A stretch of 64,000 nt of DNA from Nitrospirota bacterium (GTDB lineage: Bacteria; Nitrospirota; Nitrospiria; Nitrospirales; Nitrospiraceae). Positions 62,519 to 64,000 of this stretch are shown one piece after another. The stretch is taken from contig CAVPBK010000006.1 in assembly GCA_963701855.1 (NCBI GenBank), positions 1,184,001 through 1,248,000 of the forward strand. Reading direction: 5' to 3'. Both the position numbers and the translations under genes were made by a program. The notes below the pieces were generated by a model. That model saw nothing but the letters and a program-made list of their open reading frames with translations. It ran no database searches and had not been told where the DNA came from. Each line of letters starts with the position of its first letter. The first letter of the stretch is position 1.

Positions 62519-62632
62519 AACAGAATGCTGAAAAAGCCCGCCAGCCTGTCTCGTTTGTTTGGTTTGTCTTGTTTATTTGGTTGAACCAGACTAACCAGAT
62601 AGACAAGATGAACCGAATCAACCAGATGAACC
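62519..62632. repeat. Family-A end followed by a 9-bp periodic imperfect palindrome
   Basis: CAGAATGCTGAAAAAG, then T-rich 9-mers facing AACCAGAT(A/G)-type 9-mers. Confidence 0.6.
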
Positions 62633-62851
62633 TGGCGGCCTGCGTCTGAAATGGCGGTTGCGTTGTGGGCTTGGTGGTCGCTTGCTAGAATGCTCAATGT
62701 CAGACAGGCTCCTAGACATCATCGCGAGCAGAGCGGGAAAAGCAGGATGCGCGCGAAATGCGGGATGAGTCAGAATCTCATGTTCCGTCCGTCCCGTCTG
62801 TCTTGCACGGCGCACATTCCGATTGATCAATGACCAGTGACAGCCTTGTCT

Positions 62852-64000
62852 ATGCGTAAAGCCAAAATCGTCTGCACCATTGGCCCTGCCAGCTATTCGC
62901 CCACCTTGCTGGATCAGTTAATTGAGAGCGGCATGGACGCGGCGCGACTCAACTTTTCTCATGGGACTCACGAATCGCATGTGCGCGCGATCAAAGCCAT
63001 TCGCGAAGCAGCGGATCGTCAGCGCGTGGCGGTCGCGATCATCCAGGACCTGCAAGGACCGAGGATCCGTGTTGGAGAAGTCAATCGGGATGGGCTCGAT
63101 TTGGTTGCCGGCCAGACTGTGAGACTCGTGACGACGCTACTCCGGTCCGGCGGTCAACTCGGCGCACAGTCGATCGCTCCATCCGGCATGTTTGAGATCC
63201 CGGTGACGTACCAATACCTGGTGCGGGATGTCCAGCCAGGCGCCCGCGTCCTGATTGACGATGGATTAATCGAGCTGATTGCTGATCGGATTATCGGCGG
63301 TGCCGTCGAATGCGGGGTCGTGACCGGGGGACGACTCACCTCGCACAAGGGAATGAACTTGCCGGATACTCGCATTAGCGCCCCAACTCTGACAGACAAA
63401 GATCGGGACGATCTCCGGCTCGGCATCGCTCAGGGGGTGGACTATGTTGCCCTCTCGTTTGTCAGAGGTCCCGATGACGTGATGGCCGCAAGGAAGTTAG
63501 TGGCCGACTGGGGCGGGGACGTACCGATTATTGCAAAGATCGAAAGGCCGGAAGCGGTTGAGTCCTTGGACGCGATTCTTGATCAGGCGGACGGTGTGAT
63601 GGTTGCGCGGGGTGATCTGGGAGTGGAGATGGGGCCGGAGGCGGTTCCGCTCATACAGAAACGTATCATCGCCGAAGCCAACCGCCGCCGCCGCCTCGTG
63701 ATCACGGCCACTCAGATGTTAGAGTCCATGACGCAGCACACGCGCCCGACAAGGGCCGAAGCGTCGGATGTGGCTAATGCCGTGCTTGATGGGACTGATG
63801 CCGTTATGCTGTCCGCAGAAACGGCGATAGGACAGCACCCGGTTGAAACAGTCCGAGTCATGGACCGAATCATTCGAGCCGCAGAAGAAGGGGCTCGATC
63901 ATGGTGTATGCGCTCGTTCGACGCGCCACAGGGGGAAGGTTCATTCCCGGAGGCCATTTGCCATTCGGCCTCTTCTGCAGCCTCAGCCATCGGGGCAAGC
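62852..64000 (+). CDS. pyk: Pyruvate kinase, 3' truncated by the window end
   Basis: [65 protein letters not shown]. Confidence 0.96.
   Translation, partial: MRKAKIVCTIGPASYSPTLLDQLIESGMDAARLNFSHGTHESHVRAIKAIREAADRQRVAVAIIQDLQGPRIRVGEVNRDGLDLVAGQTVRLVTTLLRSGGQLGAQSIAPSGMFEIPVTYQYLVRDVQPGARVLIDDGLIELIADRIIGGAVECGVVTGGRLTSHKGMNLPDTRISAPTLTDKDRDDLRLGIAQGVDYVALSFVRGPDDVMAARKLVADWGGDVPIIAKIERPEAVESLDAILDQADGVMVARGDLGVEMGPEAVPLIQKRIIAEANRRRRLVITATQMLESMTQHTRPTRAEASDVANAVLDGTDAVMLSAETAIGQHPVETVRVMDRIIRAAEEGARSWCMRSFDAPQGEGSFPEAICHSASSAASAIGAS

Noticed and set aside
1..64000. tRNA/rRNA genes, transposases, integrases, prophage genes
   Set aside because: None recognisable in the sequence or the ORF track.

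Overview
A GC-rich bacterial chromosome segment. Gene content and intergenic repeats resemble Nitrospira; this is an inference from recall, not a database result. Bases 1-22150 hold a giant (>5694 aa, 5'-truncated) DUF4347-type adhesin with 5 x 435-bp and 31 x 354-bp near-identical repeats and a C-terminal hydrophobic 'SMPAW..DPLPVL' tail. Its stop overlaps the start of a membrane PAS histidine kinase, followed by a REC-HisKA protein, a REC-GGDEF diguanylate cyclase and a Zn-ribbon/PilZ protein. Together these form a candidate self-contained surface-sensing c-di-GMP circuit, the most interesting feature of the window. The middle is mostly housekeeping: lemA/TPM, murJ, ogt, dtd, mtgA, engB, two PPIases, mfd, rfaE2, dinB, gmhA and SPFH/NfeD. 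It also holds a broken asparaginase-WYL/AAA segment and an orphan, degenerate CARF-HEPN (TIGR02710-like) gene with no CRISPR array in the window. Bases 45.9-56 kb are accessory: paralogous small secreted proteins, a decayed integron-like attC cassette cluster, MITE-like repeats, and an RM locus whose endonuclease is truncated and followed by a DUF262+HEPN pair. The window ends with hemL, an RNase/barstar pair, a histidine-phosphatase-PFK fusion and partial pyk. At least six small frameshifts indicate either assembly indels or recent decay.
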